A stretch of DNA of 64,000 bases from an uncultured Verrucomicrobiae bacterium (GTDB lineage Bacteria > Verrucomicrobiota > Verrucomicrobiia > Chthoniobacterales > UBA10450). The notes under the pieces are model-generated. The model saw nothing but the letters and a program-made list of their open reading frames with translations, was not told the origin of the DNA and made no database searches. Each line of letters starts with the position of its first letter. Position 1 is the first letter of the stretch. The translations under genes and the position numbers were made by a program. Positions 9,633 through 21,243 of this stretch are shown piece by piece. Location of the stretch: positions 544,001 to 608,000 of the forward strand of contig CAWIBO010000002.1 of assembly GCA_963834385.1 (NCBI GenBank). The letters are read 5' to 3'.

Positions 9633-11495
9633 ATGACGAATCCAGCGGCTGAGCCCCACCGGGCTGGAACCATCCTCGGCACCGCGGCGGAGGTTGTCTG
9701 CCTGCTGCTGCTCGGCGCCGCCCTCGCCCTGGGCCAGGCGCTGATCGGCGGCACCCGGGCGGTCTTCGCCCTGCCGGTCTACGCCGTGGTCGGCCTGGCC
9801 GGCGTGCTCTCCCTGCTGGCCCTGGCGAAAAAACGTCCGCCGCCCGACTCGCTTTGTCTCTGGGCCACCCTTCTCTTTTTCGGCTACATCGCGACCCGCG
9901 CCCTCACCTCGCCGGTGATTTACCTGGCGCGAGCCGATCTTTGGTCGGTCCTCGCCGGACTGGTGGTCTACTTCCTCGTCGCAGGAGTGCTGGTCAGCGC
10001 GCGCCAGCGGCTCTGGTTGCTCGCGGGCCTTCTCTTCCTCGGGCTGGCTCACGTGGGCGTGGGCGCCCTTCAGTTTCGCGACGGCAACAACTTCATGCCG
10101 ATCCATTTTTTGCAACGGTTCGATTACGGCCGGCGCGCCAGTGGTTTCTACATCTGCCCGAACCACCTCGCCGGGCTGCTCGAGGTCATCGCCCTCATGG
10201 GCCTTAGCGTCGTCTGTTGGAGCCGTTGGCCGGCCTGGAGCAAGCTTCTTCTCGGTTACGCCGTGGCCGTGGCCTTTGCCGGTCTCCTTCTGACCGGAAG
10301 CCGCGGCGGTTACCTGAGCGCCCTGGCCGGCCTGGCCGTTTTTGGCCTGCTCAGCCTCCGACTTCTCCGCGAGGCCGGCGGAGCCCTTTTCTGGCGACTC
10401 GCCCTCTCCGGGGCAGCGCTCGTGGTGGTGGCGGGCACGCTTGTTTTCATCAGTCTCCGCAGCAGCGAAGTTTTGCGTCAGCGCGCCGGGACCACCTTCG
10501 ACGCCGAGAATGTCCGGCTCGACCTCTGGCGCGCCGGCGTCGAACAATGGAAGCTGCAGCCGGTCTGGGGCACCGGCAGCGGCACCTACCTCTTCTACGG
10601 CCGCCAGTTTCGGAGCGAACGCGTGCAGCGCGATCCGGTCTACGCGCATAACGATTATGTCCAGCTCCTGGCTGAATACGGCCTCGCGGGCGCCGTGACC
10701 TGCCTGGTCTTCCTCGGGTTCCACCTGCGGCGGGGCCTCAAAAATTTTCAACGCCTCGGACCCGACCGCCTGGCCATCGCTCCCGCCCTGCTCAGCAACG
10801 CCATGGCGCTCAACATCGGGGCCCTCGCGGCCACGGCCACCTATCTCGTCCATTCGGTCTTCGACTTTAACCTGCACATCGCGGCCAACGTCCTCCTCCT
10901 CGCCTTCGTTTTCGGCGTTCTGGCCAACGACGGCGTTTTTCGCTCACGCGAGCGGCGCGGCCGGTGGCACCCGGCCTGGGCCGGCCTTCCCGCGCTTCTC
11001 GGGCTCCTGCTTCTTTTTCTGGCCTGGCGCCATTTCCCGGTGGAACGCGAAGGAGAGCTGGCCCGGACCTCCCTGCGCGACCAGCAGCCGGTCCGCGCCG
11101 CCTATTATGCGCGCCGCGCCCTCGCCCAGGAAACGCGAAATCCCCTGTTCTTCGACTATCTCGGGACCGCCCACCAGCGCCAGGCGGAGGCGCTCGCCGA
11201 CGAAACCATGGCGCGTTCGTTCTACGAGGCTGCGCTCCCACCCTTCCGGCGCGCCCTCGAGCTGGCCCCCCGCGACGCCACCTACGCCATCGACGTCGGC
11301 TTTGTCCTCGACCGCCTCGGGCGACATGAGGAAGCGACCCCTTTTTACGAACTGGCCCGGTCGCTGGACCCGCGCTCGGACTCGGTCCGCCGTTACTACG
11401 AGGCCCATCTGGCCCAACGGAAAAACGGGGCCCTCAGACCCGAAAAGGGCGGCCCGGCCAGGGCGTTACCTCCTTCCGCTAGAGAGAGAAAATGA
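9633..11495 (+). CDS. O-antigen ligase/Wzy_C family membrane protein with C-terminal TPR
   Basis: Many TM helices, GFY.CPNHLAG, TGSRGG, GTGSGTY, AHNDYVQLLAEYG, HS.FDFNLH, TPR-like tail. Confidence 0.88.
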   Translation: MTNPAAEPHRAGTILGTAAEVVCLLLLGAALALGQALIGGTRAVFALPVYAVVGLAGVLSLLALAKKRPPPDSLCLWATLLFFGYIATRALTSPVIYLARADLWSVLAGLVVYFLVAGVLVSARQRLWLLAGLLFLGLAHVGVGALQFRDGNNFMPIHFLQRFDYGRRASGFYICPNHLAGLLEVIALMGLSVVCWSRWPAWSKLLLGYAVAVAFAGLLLTGSRGGYLSALAGLAVFGLLSLRLLREAGGALFWRLALSGAALVVVAGTLVFISLRSSEVLRQRAGTTFDAENVRLDLWRAGVEQWKLQPVWGTGSGTYLFYGRQFRSERVQRDPVYAHNDYVQLLAEYGLAGAVTCLVFLGFHLRRGLKNFQRLGPDRLAIAPALLSNAMALNIGALAATATYLVHSVFDFNLHIAANVLLLAFVFGVLANDGVFRSRERRGRWHPAWAGLPALLGLLLLFLAWRHFPVEREGELARTSLRDQQPVRAAYYARRALAQETRNPLFFDYLGTAHQRQAEALADETMARSFYEAALPPFRRALELAPRDATYAIDVGFVLDRLGRHEEATPFYELARSLDPRSDSVRRYYEAHLAQRKNGALRPEKGGPARALPPSARERK

Positions 11496-11586
11496 TTGCC
11501 GAGCAAGACGGAGGCATCTAACCTCCCCTCGCGTGGCGTTGACCAAAAGCGGTACAAACTTTCGATATTGGGAAATTATAAGGGGC

Positions 11587-12867
11587 ATGATATTTCAGAT
11601 AACACGCGTTGCGTTCGTCCTGTCGCTTTTTGCCGCCCTGCTTCTCTCGCCCAGTCTCCGCGCGGGCGAGCAGGAACTGAGCACGACCACCGAGACTTCC
11701 GCAGCGGTGGAGGATCCCGGCACGGGCAATTTTCAATCCTTCCCTTTCAAGATCACTGCGACGATCCGCGGCGGTTACGACGACAACGTCTACTCCACGA
11801 CCACGGATGAGGAGGAGTCGTTCTTCAGCAACGTGTCGCTCGGGCTGGAATACGATTTCGGGAGTCCCCGGACGAAGCTGAGCCTCCGCAGCGGCGCCGG
11901 CTTCACCTATTATTGGGACGCAGGGGAAAGCGGTTTCGGGAGCGATGACGAATACGATGTCAACGCGTTCCTCGGGTTTAACCTGACCCACCGGGCCTCC
12001 GCCCGCCTGACCCTGTCGGCTTCGGTCTACCTGACCTACCAGTCGGCCCCTGATTTTGCCGCGCTTACGACCGGACTGGGCATCGCCACGCGCAGTCGTG
12101 ATTTCTTTTACACGGTGGACAAGTTCACTGCGGCCTACATGTGGACCCCGCGTTTCTCCACCGCGACCAGTTACACCTTTGGCGGCATCTGGTACGACGA
12201 CCGCGTCATCTCCAGTTTTGAGGACCGGTATGAACACACGATCGGAAACGAATTCCGCTACCTGATCTGGCCCACCACCACGGTGGTGGCGGAATACCGT
12301 TATGGCATGGTCGATTATCACGACGGCGACTCGCGTGATTCCATGTCGCATTACGCGCTGGCCGGGTTCGACCACAGTTTCAACCCGCGTTTCAACGCCT
12401 CGCTCCGGGCGGGCGTGGAGTTCCGGCGCTACGACATGAACGATCCGACTGACGGTTATACCGGGGGCGGCCGGACCCATCCCTATGCCGAGGCGACCCT
12501 GACCTATGCCCTGGGCCAGAACACCTCGCTCTCGTGGCTGAACCGCTACGCGCTCGAGCAGCCCGATTTCGCCGAGGCCCTTGGACGCACGACCTACCGC
12601 ACCGGCCTTTCGGTCCGCCACAACTGGACGGCCCGCATCAGCACGGCCCTGGGGGCTTTTTATCAGCACGACACCAACGATCAGACCCTGTTTGGGGTCA
12701 GCGACTTCGAGGAGGACGCGATCGACCTGACGCTCTCGGCCCGCTACGCGTTCAACCGGAATTTTGCCATCGAGGGCGGCTACCACCACACCGACATCTG
12801 GTCGGACGTTCTCTTTCGTGAATACACGCGCAACCGCTACTGGCTGGGAGCGGTCGCGACGTTCTAG
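11587..12867 (+). CDS. Outer-membrane beta-barrel associated with polysaccharide export
   Basis: Signal peptide, GGYDDNV motif, many amphipathic strands, YTRNRY...C-terminal Phe; adjacent to wzc/wza. Confidence 0.85.
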   Translation: MIFQITRVAFVLSLFAALLLSPSLRAGEQELSTTTETSAAVEDPGTGNFQSFPFKITATIRGGYDDNVYSTTTDEEESFFSNVSLGLEYDFGSPRTKLSLRSGAGFTYYWDAGESGFGSDDEYDVNAFLGFNLTHRASARLTLSASVYLTYQSAPDFAALTTGLGIATRSRDFFYTVDKFTAAYMWTPRFSTATSYTFGGIWYDDRVISSFEDRYEHTIGNEFRYLIWPTTTVVAEYRYGMVDYHDGDSRDSMSHYALAGFDHSFNPRFNASLRAGVEFRRYDMNDPTDGYTGGGRTHPYAEATLTYALGQNTSLSWLNRYALEQPDFAEALGRTTYRTGLSVRHNWTARISTALGAFYQHDTNDQTLFGVSDFEEDAIDLTLSARYAFNRNFAIEGGYHHTDIWSDVLFREYTRNRYWLGAVATF

Positions 12868-12942
12868 GGATCGAGGGTTAGGCCGGCTTTTTGCTTAGCA
12901 GAGCTTTCTGCATACATTCGCTGCCCGACGCCGGGAGTTTCC

Positions 12943-15091
12943 ATGCCGCAAACAGAAGAAGTAAAACTCCATTTCCTAGATTACTGGCGCGTCATCCGCG
13001 TGCGCTGGATTCTCATTCTTCTGGCGTTTCTGCTGGTTGTCATCACCGCCGCGGTCGTGACCTATTTCCAGCCGCGGCTTTACCAGTCTTCCGTCTTTAT
13101 CGAGGTCAAATCGACCGCGGCCAATCCCCGCATCTTCAGCGGGGGCGACCCCAACCAGCCGGCCTACGATCCGCAGCTCGCGCCGACGGTTTACCAGATC
13201 ATTCAGCGCACCGGCATTCTTTACCCGGTGATCGAGTCGCTCAAGCTGCAGGATCGCTGGGCCCGGGATGGCCAGCGCCCCACCCGGGAGCAGGCCTACC
13301 TCCGCCTGCGCGGCATGCTCGACGTGGATGAGGTGCGCAACACCGCCCTGCTCCAGATCAGCGTGCTGAACCAGAATCCGCAGGAGGCCGCCGAGATCGC
13401 GAACAAGATCGTCGAGGTCTACCAGGATACGCGCGTCCTGGAAGAGAAGGAGATTCTCAATCGCGCCGTCTCGACCATGAACGAGGAGGTCGTGAAACAG
13501 CAACGGAAGGTGGAGGAAGCGGCCACGGAGGTGGCGCGTATTCGCGACCAGGAAGGAATCATCGACCTCAACCCCGAAGGAACCGAGGACGCGCAGTCTC
13601 CCGTGAACTCGATTGTCCTGAAGCAGGAGACGGAGCTGAACGACGCCGAGACGAACGTGGCCGTCCTGCGCACCAAGCTGGAGCAGATCGAGCAGCTCAA
13701 GGGCGAAGACCTCATGCGGATGATGCCGACGCTCAAGATCGACGATCCGACGATTCAGAAAATCCTGCCCAATTACCAGGACGCGGTGGCGCAGGAAGCT
13801 CTCCTGCTCAACTCCGGCCTGGGCGAGAACCATCCGCGGGTGAAGGCGCTCCGCGCAACCAAGGATGTCTACACGCAGCAGCTCGAGGAACAGGTCGGGA
13901 TCATCCGCAGCGCCCTGGAGAAAAACCTCTCCACCGCCGAGACCACCCGCGACCAGCTCAAGAAGCGTCTCGAGGAAATCAACCAGCGCCAGCTCTCCGG
14001 CAAGAATGCCAGCGCCGATTACACCCGGGCCAAGAACACCTACATCAAGGAAAAGACGCTCCTCGACGGGGTGCGCATGCGCTCGCAGAGCCAGGCCATG
14101 GAGCTGGCCATGCCTCGTCAGGCCGTGAGCGTGAAACAGGTGGCCGAGCCGCCCAGCTATCCCGCTCGTCCGCGCGTTACGCTTAATCTCGCCCTTGGCG
14201 CGCTCGTCGGCCTCGTCATCGGCCTCGGCCTCGCCTTCTTCATCGAGTATCTCGACACCAGTGTGAAAACGATGGAGGACGTCGAGAACCATCTCGGGGT
14301 TCCGGTCCTCGCCATCATCCCCAAGAACATCAAGATCCTGCACCGCGAGCCCGGGGACACGCCCGACGCCGAAGCCTACCGGATCCTGCGCACTAACATC
14401 GAATTCAACCGCAAGAGTCCCGAGGCCAACACCTTCTCCCTCGTTAGCGGCGGGCCCGGCGAAGGCAAATCAACTTCCATCGCCAACCTTGCCTTCATCT
14501 CCGCCCAGGGCGGTTATTCCACCCTCATCGTCGACGCCGATCTCCGGCGCCCAACCCAGCACTCCATTTTCGAGGTCAGCAACCAGGTCGGCTTGACCAA
14601 CTACCTGACCACCGATATTTCGCTGACCGACGTCATTCTCCCCACCAACGGTCGAGAATCTTTCCCTGCTTCCCAGCGGCGTGCTCCCGGCGGACGCGGT
14701 CGGCATCCTGAACTCGCAGCGGATGTCCGACATGATTGCGGAACTGAAACTGGCGTATGACATCGTCTTTTTCGATTCACCCCCGATCCTGGGGGTGAGC
14801 GACGCCTCCGTCCTGGCGAGCGAGGTCGACTACACCATCATGGTGGTGCAGCATCGCCGGTTCCCGCGCGCCATGCTCACCCGGGTCAAGCAGGCGGTGC
14901 AAAGCGTGGGCGGCTCGCTCCTCGGCGTGATCCTGAACAACGTCGACCTGAAGCACGACCAGAATTACTACTACTACACAAACTACTACGGCTACTACCA
15001 GACGCGCGACGGCGGGACCGCCCGCGCTTCCCGCCGGAAAGCCGCGCCGGCCACCGCCAGCAACGGGGCTTCCGAGCCCGAAGAATACTAA
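12943..15091 (+). CDS. wzc: Wzc-like polysaccharide co-polymerase/BY-kinase, split by a +1 frameshift at 14647-14648
   Basis: LDYWRVI N-terminus, coiled coil, second TM, Walker A GEGKST, DADLRRP, FFDSPP, Tyr cluster NYYYYTNYYGYY; removing one A restores PTTVENLSLLPSG. Confidence 0.88.
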
Positions 15092-15645
15092 TGCCGCCAC
15101 GCCTTCTCCTTTCTCTCCTCCTGCTCCTCGCCGCGCTCCCGGGTGCGCTCGGGCAGGCCGTGCTTCGTGTCGGTGACCCGGTCGAGCTCAAGGTCAGCGG
15201 TGTCCCGGCCGAGGAACAGGCGCAGGTGAACAACACCTACACGGTCGACACCAGCGGCTCCATCAACCTGCCTTTCATCAACAAGGTCCGCGCCCAGGGG
15301 CTGACCCCGGCCCAGCTTTCCTCCGCCATCGAGGGCGCCTATCGCTCCGAGAAGATCTACACCAATCCCACCATCACCATCGTGATGCAGCCGACCGCCC
15401 GCTTCGTCAACATCGGCGGCGCCGTGCGCAGCCCGTCGCGCATCCCTTTCACGGAGGACATGACCCTGCTCACGGCCATCAACGCCGCGGGGGGATTCAA
15501 CGATTTTGCCGACCAGAAACGGGTGCGTCTTCTGCGCGGCGATGACGTCACCATTTACGACGTCCGCCAGTTTCGGCGCGATCCCTCCAAGGATGTCCAG
15601 CTTCAGCCGGGCGACCGCGTTGAGGTCCCGCAGAGCTTCTTCTAA
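15091..15645 (+). CDS. wza: Short Wza/OPX polysaccharide export protein (Poly_export + SLBB)
   Basis: LRVGD, G.INLPFI..V.AQGLT, GAVRSP, AINAAGGF, LQPGD.VEVP. Confidence 0.9.
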   Translation: MPPRLLLSLLLLLAALPGALGQAVLRVGDPVELKVSGVPAEEQAQVNNTYTVDTSGSINLPFINKVRAQGLTPAQLSSAIEGAYRSEKIYTNPTITIVMQPTARFVNIGGAVRSPSRIPFTEDMTLLTAINAAGGFNDFADQKRVRLLRGDDVTIYDVRQFRRDPSKDVQLQPGDRVEVPQSFF

Positions 15646-15662
15646 CCGGCGGACTTCTCCCG

Positions 15663-16238
15663 TCAGTTCTGCGCGATCAACTCGCGATGGCGCCAGACGT
15701 ACCGGAGCCCGGAATAGAGCGTCAAAACAACGACGATCCAGATAAGGGTCGGGCCGGCGGTGTACCACGCTTCGCGCCACCAGGGCGTTCCCTGGCCGGC
15801 GTAGCCGAGCTCGATCACCGTCATCAGGGCAAGGAAGAAGATGATCGTGACCATCTGCCACGAAGTCTTGTGCTTGCCGAGCCGTTCCGCCGGCAGGACC
15901 CGTCCCTGGGCGCTCGCCAGGAGCCGCAGGCCCGTGATCAAAAACTCGCGCGAGACCACCACGGTGGCCGCCCACGCCGGGATTGCCTTGAACGGCACCA
16001 GGCAGATAAAAGCGGCTGCCACCATGATCTTGTCCACCAGCGGATCCATCAGCTTGCCGAAGTTCGTCACCGTGGCGTAACGGCGCGCAATCTCCCCGTC
16101 AAAAAAGTCGGTGATCCCGGCGATGATGAAAAGAATCAGGGCGATGGTCCGGCCGTAGGCCCACGGTGAGTTCAGGGCCAGGACAAAGAGCACGGTCAGA
16201 AAGAGCCGGCTCATGGTAAGACGATTCGCCCAGTTCAT
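15663..16238 (-). CDS. pgsA: CDP-diacylglycerol--glycerol-3-phosphate 3-phosphatidyltransferase
   Basis: TDFFDGEIAR...TNFGKLMDPLVDK, SREFLITGLR, GKHKT. Confidence 0.93.
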   Translation of the reverse strand: MNWANRLTMSRLFLTVLFVLALNSPWAYGRTIALILFIIAGITDFFDGEIARRYATVTNFGKLMDPLVDKIMVAAAFICLVPFKAIPAWAATVVVSREFLITGLRLLASAQGRVLPAERLGKHKTSWQMVTIIFFLALMTVIELGYAGQGTPWWREAWYTAGPTLIWIVVVLTLYSGLRYVWRHRELIAQN

Positions 16239-16321
16239 CCGGCTAAAAGAAAATTGCCATACTCCTGCCCAGGATGGAGTCTGCTGTGACGCGCCTCCCG
16301 GACATCAAGAAGAACCCGAAA

Positions 16322-17800
<1,479 letters not shown>

Positions 17801-17803
17801 CGT

Positions 17804-18028
17804 ATGACCTACCTCTACGAAACCACCGACCCGAAAAAACCGGTGCGACGGTTTGAAGTCGTGCAAAGCATGAAGGACGAACCGCTCCGGACCGATCCGG
17901 AAACCGGCGAGCCGGTCCGGCGCGTCATCACCGGCGGCTCCGGTATTCTCATTCCCGGCGGATCAGCCGGGCCCTCCGTCGGCTCGGTCGGCTCCCACGG
18001 CTGCGGCTCGGGCTGCGGCTGTCACTAG
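17804..18028 (+). CDS. FmdB-like small regulatory protein with Cys-less ribbon
   Basis: Y.YE...FEVVQSMKDEPL...P.TGEPVRRVI.GG pattern; C-terminal HGCGSGCGCH. Confidence 0.75.
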   Translation: MTYLYETTDPKKPVRRFEVVQSMKDEPLRTDPETGEPVRRVITGGSGILIPGGSAGPSVGSVGSHGCGSGCGCH

Positions 18029-18073
18029 ACCGGACGGCCGGCTTGCGCGCCGGGACCTTCGCAGGCCGCCCGC

Positions 18074-21000
18074 CTAATGGAAATCGTGGGAACTGCTTCC
18101 CACCAGTCCCTCCTGAAGCAGGGGGAGGATCTTCCCTGCCTTGATCAGGACCACGCCGTCGGAATTTTGCACCGTGCCCTCGATGATGAGGAACGTCTCT
18201 TCCGTGATGAGAAGACGCTGCCGCTCAAACATGTCCGGGGTGACAATGGCATTGGCGACGCCGGTCTCATCTTCCAGGCTGATAAAAACGAACCCCCGGG
18301 CCGTTCCCGGCCGCTGGCGGCAGATGACATTCCCGGCGATCTGGATGGTCTGGCCATGGCGGGCCTGCGTTAACTCCGCCGCGCACCACGCCTCCGGCAG
18401 GCGCGCGCGCAGAAGCTTCATCGGATGCGGCCCGGTGGTGAGGTTTTGCGTGGTGTAATCAGCCCTGACTCGCTCCGGCAACGTCATCGGGGCCAGCGGC
18501 ATTTCCGTCTGGAGCGGACCCTGTGGGACGCCGTCGAACAGCGGCTCGGGCGGCAGTTCCTCCACGCGCCAGAGGGCCGCGCGGCGATGGGCCGCGAAAT
18601 GGTTGAGCGCGCCGGCCTCCGCCAGGGTGCGCCATTCCTCGCGGGTCAGTTCCACTTTCCGCTTCAGCTCATCCAGGGAAGAGACGCCGGGGCGCGAGCG
18701 CACCAGGGCCTCGCCATGTTCCTGGCGCAACCCCTGCACCTGGCAAAGCCCGAGCCGGATGGTGGTGTCATCCACCACCTGGCAGCGCCAGGCGGATTCG
18801 ACCGCGCAGACCGGCAGAAACCTGAGGCCATGCCGCAGGCCATCCTTGACGATGGTGGCCGGGGCATAGAAACCCATCGGCTGGTTGTTGAGCAGGCTGG
18901 CGTAAAATTCCGAGGCCCGGTGCGTCTTCAAATAGGCGCTGCCGTAGGCCAGAATGGCAAAGCTGATCGCGTGCGACTCCGGGAAACCGTAAACCGCGAA
19001 GGAGGAAATCGCCTGCAGGATCTTCTCGATGATCTCCGGCGCCACCTTCTTCCGCTGCATCGCCTCGCGCAGTTTCACGGTCACCCTGCTCATCCGTTCC
19101 TGGGACCGGTGAAAACTCAGGGCCCGCCGCAGTTCCTCCGCCTCGCTCCCGGAAAAATCGGCCATGATCATGGCGATCTTGAGGAGCTGCTCCTGGAAAA
19201 GGGGCACGCCGAGGGTCCGGCCCAGGACAGGTTTGAGCCGCTCGTCGAAATAGGTCACCGGCTCGCGCCCGGCCCGGCGGGCCAGGTAAGGATGCACCAT
19301 GTCGCCCTGGATCGGTCCCGGCCGGATGATGGCCACTTCGATCACCACATCGTAAAAGCACTTTGGCTTTAACCGCGGCAACGTCGCCATCTGCGCGCGG
19401 CTTTCGATCTGGAAGACACCGATGGTGTCGGCCCGGCACATCATCTCGAAGGTGGCCTCGTCATCCTTGGGCAGATGAGCCAGGTCCAGCGGGCGGCCCC
19501 GTTCCCGGCAAAGTTCAAAGGTGTCCTGCATGACCGCCATCATGCCGAGCCCGAGGAGGTCGACCTTGATGATGCCAAGATCCTCGCAATCATCCTTGTC
19601 CCATTGCGCCACCACCCGTCCCGGCATGGAGGCGTTCTCCAGCGGGACAAACGAACTCAGCTTGTCCTGGCAGATGATCATCCCGCCGGAATGCTGGCCG
19701 AGGTGACGCGGGAGCCCGTAGACCGCGCGATAAAGGGAGATAAAAGCCGGCAACCGCGGGTGGGTCGCGGGAAGACCGGCCTGCTCGATCTGCGCGGAAA
19801 GATCGAGCGTGTGTGGAAAATCGCCGTTGGCGAAGAGATGCGAAAATCGGTCGAGCACGTTCGCCGGCAGATTGAGGGCCTTGCCAATTTCGCGCGCGGC
19901 GCTGCGCCCCCGGTAGGTGATGACGTTGGCCGTCATGGCCGCGCCCTGTTTGCCGTAGCGCCGGTAGACCTCCTGGATGACGCGCTCGCGGCGGTCCCCG
20001 CTCGGCAGGTCGAGGTCGATGTCGGGCCAGCCTTTGCGGCCTTCGCTCAGGAACCGCTCAAAGACGAGATGGTTGCTCACCGGATCGACCGGGGTGATGC
20101 CGAGGCAATAGCAGACCGCGCTGTTCGCGGCGCTGCCGCGCCCCTGCACCATGATATTGTTCTCCCGGCAGAAATTGACGATGTCCCAGACGATCAGAAA
20201 ATAGCCGGAAAAGCCGAGCCGGATGATGAGAGAGAGTTCCTCCTCCAGTTTTCGTTTCACCGCGGTGCTGATGGCGGCGTAGCGCTGTTGCGCCCCAAAA
20301 AGGGTGATCGTGCGCAGGAACGAGTTCATGTCGTGCCCTGCCGGCACGGGAAAATCCGGGAAGCTGTAGCCGATGTTCTCGAGGGAAAACTCGAGCCTCT
20401 CCGCGAGGCGCTCGGTGTTCGTGATCGCCTCCGGCAAATCGCGAAAGAGCGCGCGCATCTCGCCATCGCTCTTCACGTGGCGCTCGGCGTTTTGCGTCAG
20501 CAGCCTGCCGGCGGCGTCGAGATGAGTGTGCTCGCGGATGCAGGTGAAAACATCGAGCACCTCGCGCCCGGGCGGCGCGGCGTATTGCACGCCGTTCGTG
20601 GCCAGGAGCGGCAGCCGGAACTGCGCCGCCAGATCGACCAGCGCGCGATTGGTCCTTTCCTCGCCGCGCAGGAAATGCCGTTGCAATTCCACGTAAACAT
20701 TTTCGCGGCCGAAGGCGTCGATTAAGCGCTGAGTATGGGAAGCAACCTCTCGGGTAGGGTGGGCGTCCCGCCCGCCGGCGAACGCGTCTCGCGTTCGCGA
20801 ACTTTGGGAGAAAGATCGTTTCGGCGAGACGCCGAAACCGGCGGGCGGGACGCCCACCCTACCCGAGAGCGCGACCAGCCCTTCGCTAAACTTGGGGAGC
20901 TCGCTCCACTGCACCGCGCACTCGCCTTTCACCTCGCTGCGGAGATGCGCTTCCGTCAGGAGCAAACACAGATTCGCGTAGCCCGTGCGGCTTTTCACGA

Positions 21001-21232
21001 GCAACGGCAGAACGCTGCCGTCTTCCATGGTCAGCTCCGCGCCGACGATCGGTCGCACGCCCTGCTCGCGCGCCGCCACCGAAAAACGCTGCGCCCCGTA
21101 AACGCCGTTCCGGTCCAGCAAGGCCAGGGCCGGCAAGCCCTGCGCCCCCGCCCTCTCCGCCAGGTGCTCGGGAAAAGAGGCGCCCTGGAGAAAACTGAAG
21201 GCGCTGCAGGCATGAAGTTCCACGTAGGCCAT
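18074..21232 (-). CDS. dnaE2: Error-prone DNA polymerase III alpha subunit
   Basis: Start MAYVELH..SAFSFL.GAS, GRGSAANSAVCY, PDIDLD, QWDKDD, YGFPESHA, RQRPGTA, C-terminal SHDFH. Confidence 0.96.
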   Translation of the reverse strand: MAYVELHACSAFSFLQGASFPEHLAERAGAQGLPALALLDRNGVYGAQRFSVAAREQGVRPIVGAELTMEDGSVLPLLVKSRTGYANLCLLLTEAHLRSEVKGECAVQWSELPKFSEGLVALSGRVGVPPAGFGVSPKRSFSQSSRTRDAFAGGRDAHPTREVASHTQRLIDAFGRENVYVELQRHFLRGEERTNRALVDLAAQFRLPLLATNGVQYAAPPGREVLDVFTCIREHTHLDAAGRLLTQNAERHVKSDGEMRALFRDLPEAITNTERLAERLEFSLENIGYSFPDFPVPAGHDMNSFLRTITLFGAQQRYAAISTAVKRKLEEELSLIIRLGFSGYFLIVWDIVNFCRENNIMVQGRGSAANSAVCYCLGITPVDPVSNHLVFERFLSEGRKGWPDIDLDLPSGDRRERVIQEVYRRYGKQGAAMTANVITYRGRSAAREIGKALNLPANVLDRFSHLFANGDFPHTLDLSAQIEQAGLPATHPRLPAFISLYRAVYGLPRHLGQHSGGMIICQDKLSSFVPLENASMPGRVVAQWDKDDCEDLGIIKVDLLGLGMMAVMQDTFELCRERGRPLDLAHLPKDDEATFEMMCRADTIGVFQIESRAQMATLPRLKPKCFYDVVIEVAIIRPGPIQGDMVHPYLARRAGREPVTYFDERLKPVLGRTLGVPLFQEQLLKIAMIMADFSGSEAEELRRALSFHRSQERMSRVTVKLREAMQRKKVAPEIIEKILQAISSFAVYGFPESHAISFAILAYGSAYLKTHRASEFYASLLNNQPMGFYAPATIVKDGLRHGLRFLPVCAVESAWRCQVVDDTTIRLGLCQVQGLRQEHGEALVRSRPGVSSLDELKRKVELTREEWRTLAEAGALNHFAAHRRAALWRVEELPPEPLFDGVPQGPLQTEMPLAPMTLPERVRADYTTQNLTTGPHPMKLLRARLPEAWCAAELTQARHGQTIQIAGNVICRQRPGTARGFVFISLEDETGVANAIVTPDMFERQRLLITEETFLIIEGTVQNSDGVVLIKAGKILPLLQEGLVGSSSHDFH
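20747..20869. repeat. GTAG-type REP doublet (REPIN-like palindromic element) inside dnaE2
   Basis: Perfect 32-bp inverted arms CTCTCGGGTAGGGTGGGCGTCCCGCCCGCCGG (20747-20778 and 20838-20869) plus two inner hairpins; 123 bp = 41 codons. Confidence 0.85.
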
Positions 21233-21243
21233 GGCGCGCTCAC

